Source: an uncultured Verrucomicrobiae bacterium (lineage in GTDB: Bacteria; Verrucomicrobiota; Verrucomicrobiia; Chthoniobacterales; JAFAMB01). From it: 64,000 nt of DNA. The stretch covers positions 2,080,001-2,144,000 of the forward strand of contig CAWIPH010000002.1 of NCBI GenBank assembly GCA_963837955.1, given 5' to 3'. The notes beneath the pieces were generated by a model. It did no database searches, was not told where the DNA came from, and worked only from the letters and a program-made list of their open reading frames with translations. Made by a program: the position numbers and the translations under genes. Each line of letters opens with the position of its first letter. Position 1 is the first letter of the stretch. Below, in pieces: positions 9,198-20,095 of the stretch.

Positions 9198-9815
9198 GTG
9201 GCTGAGACGGATTCCATTGTAATCGTCATCGACGACGATCCGTCATTTTGCCGATCCACCGAGCGCCTGATTCGGTCGGTTGGATATGCGGTCCAGACTT
9301 TCGGGACGGCGACGGAATTTTTGCGTGGCCGGCCTCCGGATGCACCCGCTTGCATGGTGCTCGATGTACGTTTGCCCGGTTTGAGTGGTCTCGATTTACA
9401 GGAGGAGTTGGCCAAAGTCGGCCTTCAGATACCGATCATCTTCATCACCGGGCACGGTGATATCCCAATGTCGGTGCGGGCGATGAAAGCCGGCGCGGCT
9501 GAGTTCCTCACCAAACCCTTCCGCCAGCAGGACCTGCTAGATGCGATCCAGCAGGCCGTTGCGCGCAACCGCGCCGCGCGCCAGCTGCAGGCCAAGCTCA
9601 CCCAGTTGCGCGCGTGTTATGAATCGCTGACTGCACGAGAGCGGGAGGTAATGGCGTGTGTCGTTTCCGGGATGCTCAACAAGCAGATAGCTGGCAAACT
9701 GAGAGCCGCCGAGAAAACCGTCAAATTTCATCGGGCTCATGTCATGCAAAAGATGCAAGCAGAGTCCTTGGCTGATCTGGTCCGTATGGCCGAGCATTTG
9801 GGAATACAGGACTGA
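9198..9815 (+). CDS. FixJ/TodT-like response regulator (REC + LuxR HTH)
   Basis: [33 protein letters not shown] start 1 bp after the kinase stop. Confidence 0.92.
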   Translation: MAETDSIVIVIDDDPSFCRSTERLIRSVGYAVQTFGTATEFLRGRPPDAPACMVLDVRLPGLSGLDLQEELAKVGLQIPIIFITGHGDIPMSVRAMKAGAAEFLTKPFRQQDLLDAIQQAVARNRAARQLQAKLTQLRACYESLTAREREVMACVVSGMLNKQIAGKLRAAEKTVKFHRAHVMQKMQAESLADLVRMAEHLGIQD

Positions 9816-9892
9816 ACGGGGCTATCGTCGTAATCTTCCTGGCCCAAGGTCCAGTAGAATTCTAGGCGCCTCGAGTCTTAATTTACGGCGGT

Positions 9893-10285
9893 GTGGAAAC
9901 TGGATGGTACGCGGCTGAAGCTCCCGTCATCTCGGTCGTAGATGACGACCTCTCTATGCGCAACTCGACGCGAAGGCTAATTCGCTCGTTCGGCTTCAGA
10001 GCCGAGGCTTTCGCTTCGCCCCAGGAATTTCTAGAGTCGGGCCGCGTCAAGGACACTGCATGCCTCGTCCTCGACGTGCGGATGCCGGGTATGGATGGCT
10101 TGGAGCTACAATATCTGCTCGCATCTAAAAACCATCTGGTTCCGATTATCTTTGTTACTGCACACGCAAATGACGAGGAGGAGAGACAGGCAAGGGAAGC
10201 CGGTGCGGCAGATTTCTTGCGGAAGCCCGTCAGCGAACAAGCATTAATCAGCGCAATCCAAGCGGCAATACAACCAATGTCGTGA
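9893..10285 (+). CDS. Single-domain response regulator
   Basis: VVDDD..LDVRMPGMDG..FVTAH..RKP. Confidence 0.9.
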   Translation: METGWYAAEAPVISVVDDDLSMRNSTRRLIRSFGFRAEAFASPQEFLESGRVKDTACLVLDVRMPGMDGLELQYLLASKNHLVPIIFVTAHANDEEERQAREAGAADFLRKPVSEQALISAIQAAIQPMS

Positions 10286-10424
10286 AGAGAGGCGAACGCC
10301 AGAATCCTGAATGAAACGGATCGATCTCCCTATAAAGATCATGCCGAAACTCACCACGAGATGTTTGTAAAACCGGCTGAGACACAGCTGCGAGTCACTT
10401 TATCAACCAAGAAAGGAAAGCCTC

Positions 10425-11312
10425 ATGATCCAGGAATCGGAAATTATCCATCAGCTGTCTCGACTAGCCGTATACCAAAATTTTGAACGAGCCTTTTGTG
10501 AAGTGACAGGATTGTCTGTCCGGTTAAGGCCGCTAGGAATATGGAACTTAGCTTGCGCCGCTCTGCACCAAGAGCCGCAGTTTTTCAATGTGACGGTAGT
10601 GCCTGTACGCCTCGGCGAGAAGATTATTGGAGTGCTGCAAACTGGTCGAGTCGCTGTTGGGGTGCCAATGGCCGAACAGTTTGCCGGGCAGGACAAACAA
10701 ACTTCAGAGACGACGGCACGCAGGAGGCCGAATGAAATTGGTAACGGGCATCTTCCTGTTTTTTCGCGGTCCCGCTACGAGGCGATGGTGCACCTGCTGC
10801 AAATATTTGCGGAACAGCTCTCATTTTTCGCTAATCAGATCGTAATGAAGTTGGATGAAAGAGAACCGTACCGGGTACGCCTGGCCCGAGCGTTCATATC
10901 CAACCATCAGGCCGACAATATCAATTTAGCCGACGTCGCGCGGGCGAGTCATGTCAGCACTTTTCACCTCTGCAAAATCTTCAAAAGGGCGACAGGTCTT
11001 ACTTTTATTGAGTATCGCAATCGGCTGAGAATTGAATCAGCCAAAGAATTGCTTTTGAACCCGAATCTTAATATCAGCGAGGTTGCCTACAGCGTGGGTT
11101 TTCAATCGTTAACCCAATTCAATCGACTCTTTCGGAGGGTGGTGGGGAGGGCGCCTACTGGCTTTAGATCTAATTTGACGGAACAGAATACGCCCAGGCG
11201 GTCCGACGAAAATTGCCTTCCGGACTCAGGCCGCAACCGAAGACGAGCGCAAATTCAGCAAAGCCTTGGCCAAGATCGGCGGAGCGGCTTTGGCGCCTTC
11301 GCTTATCGTTAA
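10425..11312 (+). CDS. AraC family regulator with shortened PocR-like sensor domain
   Basis: C-terminal ISEVAYSVGFQSLTQFNRLF; N-terminal AFCEVTGL..VPVRLGEKIIGVLQTG. Confidence 0.85.
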   Translation: MIQESEIIHQLSRLAVYQNFERAFCEVTGLSVRLRPLGIWNLACAALHQEPQFFNVTVVPVRLGEKIIGVLQTGRVAVGVPMAEQFAGQDKQTSETTARRRPNEIGNGHLPVFSRSRYEAMVHLLQIFAEQLSFFANQIVMKLDEREPYRVRLARAFISNHQADNINLADVARASHVSTFHLCKIFKRATGLTFIEYRNRLRIESAKELLLNPNLNISEVAYSVGFQSLTQFNRLFRRVVGRAPTGFRSNLTEQNTPRRSDENCLPDSGRNRRRAQIQQSLGQDRRSGFGAFAYR

Positions 11313-11442
11313 CCCTGAAACTCGCTGCTCTCACCGAGGAGAGCATTGCAACGGGCTTCTGTATGCGGACGCACTTGGTATCAGCGGGAGCCAAGTTCCG
11401 GACCGGAAAGAGGAAAAGATCCTGCTGCAACAAGAATTGAAA

Positions 11443-11925
11443 ATGAATACACTAGTAAAGTTGAATCCTTTCAGGGGTTCTTCCCTGTGGGATCCCATCC
11501 GCGAAATGGAGGACATGCAGAATAGAGCGGCTTCGGTCTTGGGTCGGAGAGTAGCTCTAAGGAAAGAGGAGGATGAAGAGGGATTCACGCTGACAGAGTG
11601 GCTCCCTCCGGTGGATATCGCCGAGGACGAGAAAGAGTACACGCTCAAAGTGGAATTGCCCGGAGTTAAAAGAGAGGACGTACGGGTGAGTGTCGAAGGA
11701 GGCGTACTATCTCTAACCGGGGAACGAAAGGTGGAGAAGGAGGAGAAAAACAAGAAACACCATCGCATGGAGCGTATCTATGGAAGTTTCGTCCGGACTT
11801 TCACGCTTCCGGAAGGTGCGGCGCCCGATAAGATCAGTGCCGAATTTAAGGATGGAGTGCTGATTGTGCATCTTCCGAAGGACGAAAAGGCTAAACCAAA
11901 ATCTATCGAGGTAAAGGTTAGCTAG
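11443..11925 (+). CDS. Hsp20/alpha-crystallin small heat shock protein
   Basis: WLPPVDIAE..ELPGV..ERIYGSFVRTFTLP..FKDGVL; start MNTLVK at 11443. Confidence 0.95.
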   Translation: MNTLVKLNPFRGSSLWDPIREMEDMQNRAASVLGRRVALRKEEDEEGFTLTEWLPPVDIAEDEKEYTLKVELPGVKREDVRVSVEGGVLSLTGERKVEKEEKNKKHHRMERIYGSFVRTFTLPEGAAPDKISAEFKDGVLIVHLPKDEKAKPKSIEVKVS

Positions 11926-12216
11926 TGGATCTTGGGAGGGCGAGCACCAGACAGCGCGTTGCCTTCCGTGAGGGGAATCCTATTCTTGCGCACAGGAATG
12001 GCGTGACATCGAGCATTCCCAGGAAAGATTTCCCCCGCGGAAAATGAGTCGTGGTAACTGCGGTCAGGAAGCGGGTCGGGAGAAAAGTTGAATTGCGGCG
12101 GTCGATCTAGAGATTTCGCGAGAACGCTTAATCGTTTTCCGCGTTTGGGTCGGCAGGCGCCGTTGGGCTCGACCATCATTTCAGCGTCATGGCCGGTATG
12201 AAATTACTACGTTTAT

Positions 12217-13146
12217 ATGCGCAAATTGGGCAACGTGCTGAATCTAACTAAAAGAGAAGTAATTATTCATTCCGCCCGCGACTTCTCGAGTCAGTCAGGG
12301 GACCAGTCATTATTGGACTCTTTACGGTCGAACAATGGCCAATACTTTGACGGTGTCTCATTTCCTTCGGGGAAGAGGTTCGATACCCTGATCCACAACC
12401 CGCTCGATTTTGCCGACGCCTTTAGCTCTGAAGAAGAGGAGTTAGCGCGCACTTTGCAGCATCACGCGACGGCTGCGCTGCGGCTAACCAGACTGGTCGG
12501 AGAAGCCGAGAAAGCTGCGATTTCCGCAGAGCGCTCCCGGATAGCTCATGACCTCCACGATTCGGTTACGCAGTGCCTTACCGGCATCTACACTCAGCTC
12601 GAAGCTGCTGCGCAACTCCGCCAGGCAAACCCGGACCTGGCGGATTCGTGTGTCTACAAGGCGAAAGTGCTTTCTCACAAAGGTCTGCAAGAGATACGAC
12701 GCTTAGTCACGGCGCTCCAGCCTGACGCAGCCCAATACGTCGATCTGGCTGAAAATCTTCGAGAATTAGCACACGAGTCTTCCTGTGAAGCCGGCACTCG
12801 GGTGCGATGCAATCTGCGGCCAACAGTCCGTCTCGTCCCTCCCGATATCGGGTATCATCTAGTCCAGATTGCCCGAGAAGCCGTTGGAAATGCGCTGCGA
12901 TACGCCCACGCCAAAAGTGTTGTTTTGGAGCTACGATTTACAGATGCAAGAGTTGACCTTTCCATCGAAGACGATGGGGTTGGCTTTCGGCTCGATAGTC
13001 CGACAGCCTTTAACGGCTTTGGATTGAATGCTATGAGACAGCGCGCGAATAGAATACAAGGGGGGTTTAGTCTTCGAACTTCTCCGGGCACTGGAACCTC
13101 GGTTCAAATATCTGCTCGCTGCCCTGCTTGGGGCCGAGCGGCATGA
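12217..13146 (+). CDS. NarX-type (HisKA_3) sensor histidine kinase with partial GAF-like N-terminus
   Basis: ERSRIAHDLHDSVTQ, EAVGNALRYA, DDGVGF, GFGLNAMRQRA. Confidence 0.85.
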   Translation: MRKLGNVLNLTKREVIIHSARDFSSQSGDQSLLDSLRSNNGQYFDGVSFPSGKRFDTLIHNPLDFADAFSSEEEELARTLQHHATAALRLTRLVGEAEKAAISAERSRIAHDLHDSVTQCLTGIYTQLEAAAQLRQANPDLADSCVYKAKVLSHKGLQEIRRLVTALQPDAAQYVDLAENLRELAHESSCEAGTRVRCNLRPTVRLVPPDIGYHLVQIAREAVGNALRYAHAKSVVLELRFTDARVDLSIEDDGVGFRLDSPTAFNGFGLNAMRQRANRIQGGFSLRTSPGTGTSVQISARCPAWGRAA

Positions 13147-13772
13147 AGCGATCAACAAAGCTTCGTCTTATTCTGGCAGACGACCATTCGGTCCTTCGGG
13201 AGGGATTGTCGCTGATCTTCGACGCGTCGGCCGATTTGACGGTCGTCGCCCAAGCTTCTACTGGCGAAGAAGCTTTCCAGCTTTTTTTAGAACATGAGCC
13301 AGATGTGCTTGTTCTCGATCTTCAGATGCCCGGCGAAGGGGGCGTCAACACAGTAAAGCGACTCCTGAAAAAGCGGCCCCACGCCAAGATTCTGATTCTA
13401 ACAGCTTATGATACGGACGAAGATATTTATCGCTCGATGCATGCCGGTGCGAGCGGCTATGTTCTCAAGGACACGCCGCGGGAAGAGCTTATTCAGGCCA
13501 TTCGAACGATTGCTTCAGGCCAACGATATGTGGGTCGAACCACTGGTGCTAAGCTGGCCAGCCGAATTGGCGCCCCCGAACTAACTGATCGCGAGCTTTC
13601 GGTCCTGCAGTGTGTGGCCGCAGGCCAAGCAAACAAGGAAATTGCCGACAAACTGAGCATCAGCGAGGGCACGGTGAAAAGTCACGTGAATAGCATCATG
13701 CAGAAATTGGGCGCCCTGAGTAGAACCGACGCCGCGATCACCGCGCTGCGAAAAGGTCTCATCAAAATCTAG
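13143..13772 (+). CDS. NarL-family response regulator
   Basis: LADDH..LDLQMP..LTDRELSVL..NKEIA; ATGA overlap with kinase. Confidence 0.92.
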   Translation: MKRSTKLRLILADDHSVLREGLSLIFDASADLTVVAQASTGEEAFQLFLEHEPDVLVLDLQMPGEGGVNTVKRLLKKRPHAKILILTAYDTDEDIYRSMHAGASGYVLKDTPREELIQAIRTIASGQRYVGRTTGAKLASRIGAPELTDRELSVLQCVAAGQANKEIADKLSISEGTVKSHVNSIMQKLGALSRTDAAITALRKGLIKI

Positions 13773-13823
13773 CCGAAGGATCAGCGGGGCTGACCAGGCT
13801 AAAGAAAGAAAACGAACTAACAA

Positions 13824-14687
13824 ATGCAAGCGAGAATGGAGTATCGCCAATTTGGTCCAACCAAACGCAAGGTCGCCGTAATCGGTCAAGGAACTTGGTA
13901 CATTGAGAACAACCACGGCGGTGTCGCGACCGCCATTGCTGCTTTGCAGCGCGGTATCGATCTTGGCATGACCCATATTGACACGGCCGAAATGTACGGA
14001 TCGGGTGCCGCCGAGGAGGTGGTTGCCGCCGCAATTGCCGGACGACGGGACGAGGTATTCCTGGTCTCGAAGGTCCTTCCTCAGAACGCCTCTCGCAAAG
14101 GCACGCTCGCGGCCTGCGAGAATTCAATCGCCCGCCTAAATACCGACCGGTTGGACTGCTACCTGCTGCACTGGCGCGGACAAGTGCCACTGCCGGAGAC
14201 GATCGCGGCATTCGAACAACTTAAGCGGGAGGGGAAAATACTTTCTTGGGGCGTAAGCAACTTCGATGTACCTGACCTGGAAGAGGTTCATGAGATTGCT
14301 GGCCCGGGTGCCTTAGCCTGTAACCAAGTTCTTTACCATTTGAGAGAGCGAGCGATAGAACATGCCGTGCTGCCATGGTGCGAAAAGCAGGGCGTGGCTG
14401 TTGTGGCGTATAGCCCGTTCGGGCATGGGCGCTTTCCCGGTCCGAATACCTCCGGGGGTCGTGTGCTCAAGCAAATTGCCGCCGCGCATGACGCGACACC
14501 TCGCCAGATTGCGCTTCGGTTTTTGGTGAGAAGGCCGTCCCTCTTTGCCATTCCTAAGGCCGGGAGTATCGAGCACGTCGCTGAAAATGCCGGGGCTGGG
14601 AAGATTCAACTGACCGAAGCAGAGATTGCCCAGATCGAAGAGGCTTTTCCGTTGGGTGCGCGCCCCGCCTATCTTCCGATGCTGTAG
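13824..14687 (+). CDS. Aldo/keto reductase
   Basis: GQGTW, IDTAEMYG, VSKV, LLHW, GVSNF, AYSP, IPKA. Confidence 0.93.
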   Translation: MQARMEYRQFGPTKRKVAVIGQGTWYIENNHGGVATAIAALQRGIDLGMTHIDTAEMYGSGAAEEVVAAAIAGRRDEVFLVSKVLPQNASRKGTLAACENSIARLNTDRLDCYLLHWRGQVPLPETIAAFEQLKREGKILSWGVSNFDVPDLEEVHEIAGPGALACNQVLYHLRERAIEHAVLPWCEKQGVAVVAYSPFGHGRFPGPNTSGGRVLKQIAAAHDATPRQIALRFLVRRPSLFAIPKAGSIEHVAENAGAGKIQLTEAEIAQIEEAFPLGARPAYLPML

Positions 14688-14689
14688 GC

Positions 14690-14905
14690 CTAACCGGAGC
14701 CACCGGCCTTCCAATTTCGCTCTCGTGGCTTCGTATCATTCCAGACCAAATCAACCCAAGCCAAAGCCATTGCCGTCGATAGCGCGGCTTGTTGAATCCC
14801 GCTGGAACCGGTGGTCTTTTCCAGTTGACGCAGTTCCTCGTGAATCGCTTGTAGCCTTTGGGCGATGCTTATCAGAGTCGCCTGATCTTTTTCGGTCATT
14901 TGCAT
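14690..14905 (-). CDS. Small hypothetical helical protein
   Basis: ORF abutting the AKR stop; amphipathic helix composition; start uncertain. Confidence 0.4.
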   Translation of the reverse strand: MQMTEKDQATLISIAQRLQAIHEELRQLEKTTGSSGIQQAALSTAMALAWVDLVWNDTKPRERNWKAGGSG

Positions 14906-15308
14906 CTCTGGCTTAGCTGAACCTGGCGGTTCTAATAACAGTGTACGGTGAGACGGAGCGAAGCCTTCAACTATTCGCAGAAAGTTAAGTTGATACATTT
15001 TGGAAAGGATGCTGCGCTGACTAAGAGAGAACGCTGAGCGGTAACGGTTCTGCGCTCTCAGCGATGTTCCGTCAGCGGTTGGATCGTTGCCTTAGGTGTA
15101 CTCATTTGTGAAAATTTCTTCACTAACCAAACTGCTGGCACAGCGCGGCCAAACCAGAGGACAAAGGTGAGATCTTCTCGTCCGTCGAAAGATCGATATT
15201 AATCTAAACTTTAATTGTCACGGCGGTTGGGTGAGGCTCGCTATGTTACTAACAGGAAAGCAACAGGAGTGCCTGTCAGTTAGTATTCAGAAAGGACCAA
15301 TACAGCTA

Positions 15309-15965
15309 ATGCAAACGAGGGGTGATGATTCTATACATGAAGATGTGCTCTTTGAGCTTAAATGGGACCCAAAAATAAGCGCGAGTAGCGACATCGCCGT
15401 AGCCGTGAAGGAAGGCGTAGTGACGCTGTCCGGATTCGTTCGAAGCTATTGGGACAAAGATGCGGCCGAGGAAGCGGCCAAGCGCGTCTACGGAGTGCGC
15501 GGAGTCGCCAATGATATCGAAGTCAAACTGACCGAGACGCGGACCGATCCGGAGGTAGCGCGGGATGCTGTGCACGAGCTTGAGAGCCATATCAGTATCC
15601 CTGCCGACAAGATTAAGGTAACCGTAAAGAACGGTTGGGTAACATTGGAAGGTACGGTGGATTGGCAATATCAGAAGAGCTTGGCGGAGTCCGCCGTCAA
15701 GAAACTGAGAGGGGTAGTCGGCATCAAGAACAACCTAATAGTGAAACCTAAGGTCACCCCCCAAGAGGTAAAGGCCAAAATCGAAGAGGCCTTGCGGAGA
15801 AGCGCGGAGCTCGACGCTCGGCGTATCAGGGTGGAGATCGATGGAACAACCGTAAAACTCTACGGCAGCGTGCGCTCCTGGGCAGAGAGAGAAGAGGCCG
15901 AGCGGGCGGCGTGGTCTGCACCTGGAACCGCCAACGTCGAAAACCACCTCACTATAGAACCATAA
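15309..15965 (+). CDS. BON domain protein (three BON repeats, OsmY-like)
   Basis: [45 protein letters not shown]. Confidence 0.92.
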   Translation: MQTRGDDSIHEDVLFELKWDPKISASSDIAVAVKEGVVTLSGFVRSYWDKDAAEEAAKRVYGVRGVANDIEVKLTETRTDPEVARDAVHELESHISIPADKIKVTVKNGWVTLEGTVDWQYQKSLAESAVKKLRGVVGIKNNLIVKPKVTPQEVKAKIEEALRRSAELDARRIRVEIDGTTVKLYGSVRSWAEREEAERAAWSAPGTANVENHLTIEP

Positions 15966-15983
15966 AAGCGTCGTCTGAATACG

Positions 15984-16036
15984 CACGGTTTGGCTAGCTT
16001 CTTACCCGGACTGAGCGCCAAACCGTGTCCTTTTTT
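15984..16036 (+). terminator. Putative intrinsic terminator after first BON gene
   Basis: Stem CACGGTTTGGC/GCCAAACCGTG followed by a T-run. Confidence 0.5.
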
Positions 16037-16080
16037 CTTCATCGCGATTTCAGCATCGAACCCCAGTCTCTCGTGCGATT

Positions 16081-17285
16081 ATGTCTTCGGCAATGACCAC
16101 AGCGAGGCGTGCCGCGAATCCGCCGCAGAAGAGCGAGGAATGCCGCAATCTGTTTAGCCCGATCAAACTCGGCAGTTTGAATCTCAAGAATCGTACTTTC
16201 ATGGCGCCCCTTACGCGCAGCCGTGCCGGAAAGGGTAATGCGCCGCAGGCATTGAACGCCATCTATTATGCTCAGCGCGTGGACGCCGGTTTGATCATTA
16301 CAGAAGCGACGCAGCTTTCGGTGACGGCGCAGGGTTATATCTCAACCCCTGGTATTCATACGCCGGAACAGGTGGAAGGTTGGAAGACCGTCGTGAAGGC
16401 CGTGCACGTTGCCGGTGGCCGCATTTTCGTACAGCTTTGGCATGTCGGTCGAATCTCGCACCCGTCGTTCCAGCCGGGCGGCGGCCTCCCGATCGCTCCA
16501 TCAGCCATCAGAGCGGAGGGCCAAACGTACACCGCCGAAGGTTTCAAGCCGTTGGTTACGCCTCGGGCGTTGGAGACAAAGGAGATCCCAGGTGTCGTTG
16601 CTGATTTCCGCCAAGCCGCTCTGAACGCCGACGAAGCCGGTTCGACGGTGTCGAATTGCATGGAGCCAACGGTTATCTGATCGACCAATTTCTGCGCGAC
16701 AAGACGAACAAGCGCACCGACCAATATGGCGGTAGCATCGAAAACCGCAGTCGCTTCCTCCTGGAGGTCGTCGATTCGGTTGTCGATGCGCTCGGTGCGG
16801 ATCGTACCGCCTTGCGGATATCACCGCAAAACACCTTTAACGATATCGATGATAGTAACCCCCGGGCGCTTTTTAATTACGTCGCGAAAAGCCTATCCGG
16901 AAAGGGTCTGGCCTATCTGCACGTCGTTGAGGGCGATCTCACGGGAAAGCCGGTGGGAAGATTCGAGTACCCAACCATCAAGAACCTTTTTGGCGGCCCT
17001 TACATCGCTAACAACGGTTACGACAAGCCCCGGGCGCAGACGGCGATCGCTGAAGGAAAGGCCGACGCAGTGGCATTCGGTAAGCCGTTTATTGCCAACC
17101 CGGATTTGACGACCCGTTTCCTACTGAATGCGCCGCTCACGCCGATTGATCAAGCCACATTGTATGGCGGCAATGAGAAGGGCTACACCGACTACCCTTT
17201 TCTGACTACGGTCCCGGATTCCTCGTCATTAGCCAACATGAATCGGATGGACAGTTGCCCGACTGAATTGTCCGAGCAGGTGTAA
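16081..17285 (+). pseudogene. Old yellow enzyme/alkene reductase (NemA-like) split by a 1-nt frameshift
   Basis: MAPLTRSR, QLWHVGR in frame 1; conserved AGFDGVELHGANGYL is broken at GCC GG TTC GAC (~16639-16642). Confidence 0.85.
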
Positions 17286-17552
17286 CGGCTCCGAGTGCCG
17301 CTTATCTGGCCGGTGCCTCGGGTCGACTGTGCCTTGTGGGCGAAAAGCTCGGTCAACACTCACATCGGCGATTTACACTCGAAATCGCAACGACTTCTCG
17401 TACCCCATTGGTGATGCTTTTCTCGGAATGCAGCCAATAACTATCTGTTTATCTATAAATGGTTTATGTGGCCCTCTAACTTTTTTCCATTTGCCCGCGA
17501 TCTGCTCGCCAACCGAGCTTCCAGCGTTAGAGTTCGGCGAGGAGAAACCAAT

Positions 17553-18218
17553 ATGGCAAGTACAACGCAAGTGAGGAGTGATGCTTCCATCCGCGACGAT
17601 GTGCTGTTGGAACTGAAATGGGATCCGAAAATAAAGTCCAACGACATTGCTGTAGCCGTAAAGGATGGAGTGGTGACTCTATCTGGATTTGTTTCTAGCT
17701 ATTGGGAGCAAGACGCAGCCGAAAAGGCGGCCAAGCGCGTGTACGGTGTCAGAGGCGTGGCCAATGATATCGAGGTCAAACTGTTCTGGCAGCGAACGGA
17801 TCCGGAGATCGCCCGAGACGCTGTTCAGGCGCTGGAGAGTCATGTCAGCATTCCGAGCGACAGAATTAAGGTGACAGTAAAGAACGGCCGGATAACGCTC
17901 GAAGGCGTCGTTGATTGGGAATACCAGAAACTCCTCGCTCAGTCGGCGGTAAAGAAGCTCAAGGGAGTGACGGGCGTCATCAACAAGATACAGGTTAAGT
18001 CGAAAGTTTCTCCTTCCGAAGTAAAGAACAAGATTGAAGAAGCGCTTCGGCGAAGCGCCGAGCTTGATGCCCGCCGCATCACTGTCGAGGTTGAGGGTAC
18101 TAAGGTGAAGCTATATGGCAGTGTGGGTTCATGGGCTGAGAAAGAAGAAGCCGAACGGGCCGCCTGGTCTGCGCCTGGAACGACAGAAGTCGAAAACCAC
18201 ATCACGGTGAGTCCGTAG
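17553..18218 (+). CDS. BON domain protein, paralog of 15309..15965
   Basis: Colinear high similarity to the first copy; GGAG RBS before ATG 17553. Confidence 0.92.
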   Translation: MASTTQVRSDASIRDDVLLELKWDPKIKSNDIAVAVKDGVVTLSGFVSSYWEQDAAEKAAKRVYGVRGVANDIEVKLFWQRTDPEIARDAVQALESHVSIPSDRIKVTVKNGRITLEGVVDWEYQKLLAQSAVKKLKGVTGVINKIQVKSKVSPSEVKNKIEEALRRSAELDARRITVEVEGTKVKLYGSVGSWAEKEEAERAAWSAPGTTEVENHITVSP

Positions 18219-18234
18219 CAACAAAGGCTGCAAC

Positions 18235-18975
18235 GTGTTCCCTATACTGGACTCGGTTCCTACCCGATCGGTACCGGTTGTTACGCGCACGTTGATTCTG
18301 ATTAACGTCATCGTGTTTTTCTTTGAACTGACGCTCCCGAAAGGGGCCGTGGAGCAGGTTTTTTATCTTTTCGGCATCGTGCCGGCTCGCTTTACCCACC
18401 CTGATTGGGCAGCAGCGGTGGGTTTTCCGGTCGACAACTATTGGCCGCTGTTGACCCATCAATTCCTGCACGGCGGATGGCTGCATATCATCGGTAATAT
18501 GTGGGCGCTCTGGATATTCGGCGACAATGTGGAGGACCGGATGGGACCGGTGCGGTTTGCGATTTTCTATCTGACGTGCGGCGTAGTGGCGGCGGTAACG
18601 CATATGCTGACCCAACCCCAATCGACGGTTCCGACGGTGGGCGCCTCGGGAGCGATTGCGGGCGTGCTGGGGGCCTACTTACTGTTGTTTCCAACGGCGC
18701 GCCTCATCGTGATGTTCCCAGTGTTTTTTTTGCCCTTCTTTTTTGAGTTGCCGGCCGTGTTGTATTTGGGGTTGTGGTTCTTCATCCAGCTGTTCAGCGG
18801 GACGTTTGCGTTGGCCGGCCCGTCGCAGGTTGGCGGCATCGCATGGTGGGCGCATGTCGGGGGGTTCATAACTGGGCTGGTCCTCTGTCCATTGTTTGCC
18901 CGGCGCCCGAGTCGAAGCATCCAACCCGACGAGCATGGAACCGAGTGGGTATGGGAGCCACGAAGACGTTTATAG
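18235..18975 (+). CDS. Rhomboid family intramembrane serine protease
   Basis: FLHGGWLHIIGNM, GASGAIAG (catalytic Ser), WAHVGGF (catalytic His). Confidence 0.95.
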   Translation: MFPILDSVPTRSVPVVTRTLILINVIVFFFELTLPKGAVEQVFYLFGIVPARFTHPDWAAAVGFPVDNYWPLLTHQFLHGGWLHIIGNMWALWIFGDNVEDRMGPVRFAIFYLTCGVVAAVTHMLTQPQSTVPTVGASGAIAGVLGAYLLLFPTARLIVMFPVFFLPFFFELPAVLYLGLWFFIQLFSGTFALAGPSQVGGIAWWAHVGGFITGLVLCPLFARRPSRSIQPDEHGTEWVWEPRRRL

Positions 18976-18984
18976 CGAAGGAGA

Positions 18985-19827
18985 ATGATTGTGGATCTAT
19001 TCTGGTTGTTTTTCATGTTGGCGGCACTGCAGCCGGCTTTGACTCAGCGGTTCATGGACGCGACGCGAAAGCGTCTCATTGGCCGGATCGAGCGGGAGCG
19101 AGGGTCGCGGGTTGTTCTGTTGGTTCATCGGCAGGAGACCATGAACCTGTTGGGATTTCCGGTGACCCGATACATCGATGTGAACGACAGTGAAGACGTT
19201 CTTCGGGCGGTCCACCTGACTAGCCCGGACATCCCGTTAGATTTGGTGCTACATACGCCCGGAGGTTTGGTCTTGGCCGCCACGCAAATCGCTCGCGCGG
19301 TCCTCAAACGTCAGGGGAAGGTCACCGTGTTTGTACCCCACTATGCTATGTCGGGCGGCACCTTGATCGCGTTGGCCGCCGACGAGATTGTCATGTCCGA
19401 GCACGCAGTGCTAGGACCCGTGGACCCGCAGCTTGGCCAGCATCCCGCCGCGTCGATTCTGAGGGTGGTGCATCAGAAGCCGGTCGCCGAGGTGGACGAC
19501 GAGACTTTAATTCTGGCTGACCAAGCAGAGAAAGCGCTGACCCAGATGGAATGCGAGGTAACCGACTTGCTGTCTGGAAATTATCCGCCCGAGAAGGCAA
19601 GCGAGCTGGCCAAATTATTGACCAGGGGCACATGGACTCACGATTTTCCGCTGACTTTTGATCGGGCGAAAGAGCTGGGATTACGGGTGAGTAAAGAGAT
19701 TCCGGAAAGCATGATGCACCTGATGCAACTATACCCTCAACCGACGCGCCGACAGCCCTCGGTCGAGTACAATCCACTTCCTTATCGCTCCAGTCCGCGA
19801 TCCGCAAATTCACCTGGGAACAAGTGA
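18985..19827 (+). CDS. SDH family ClpP-fold serine protease
   Basis: HRQE, LHTPGG, AMSGGTLIALAADEI, GPVDPQ, WTHD. Confidence 0.9.
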   Translation: MIVDLFWLFFMLAALQPALTQRFMDATRKRLIGRIERERGSRVVLLVHRQETMNLLGFPVTRYIDVNDSEDVLRAVHLTSPDIPLDLVLHTPGGLVLAATQIARAVLKRQGKVTVFVPHYAMSGGTLIALAADEIVMSEHAVLGPVDPQLGQHPAASILRVVHQKPVAEVDDETLILADQAEKALTQMECEVTDLLSGNYPPEKASELAKLLTRGTWTHDFPLTFDRAKELGLRVSKEIPESMMHLMQLYPQPTRRQPSVEYNPLPYRSSPRSANSPGNK

Positions 19828-19882
19828 CCTGTCTGCCGATCGAACTGCTTGGTCAAGAGAGAGCGGAGGACTGGCCGAGACC

Positions 19883-20095
19883 TCAAGAGCCAAGAAAAAG
19901 ATTACGCAAAGCTTGGTAGACTGCCAGACTGGGCTCGAGGTCACTGAAAGGCTCGCAAACCAACTCCAAAGCCTCCTGGTCAGCCAGTAGGTCGAATACG
20001 GTCTGTTGCTCGAAGCCAGGAGGGAAACTCAAAACGCTATGCTGAATTCTTTCGCGTACTTCAATCCACCAATTCGACGTCGTTGGCTCGTCCAT
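19883..20095 (-). CDS. Small hypothetical protein
   Basis: ATG-initiated 70-aa ORF in an intergenic gap with protein-like composition. Confidence 0.4.
   Translation of the reverse strand: MDEPTTSNWWIEVRERIQHSVLSFPPGFEQQTVFDLLADQEALELVCEPFSDLEPSLAVYQALRNLFLGS

Noticed and set aside
15015..15080. Long imperfect hairpin as riboswitch or ncRNA
   Set aside because: No recognisable aptamer consensus; single occurrence
16630..16660. Programmed ribosomal frameshift in the OYE gene
   Set aside because: No slippery heptamer or long homopolymer at the break
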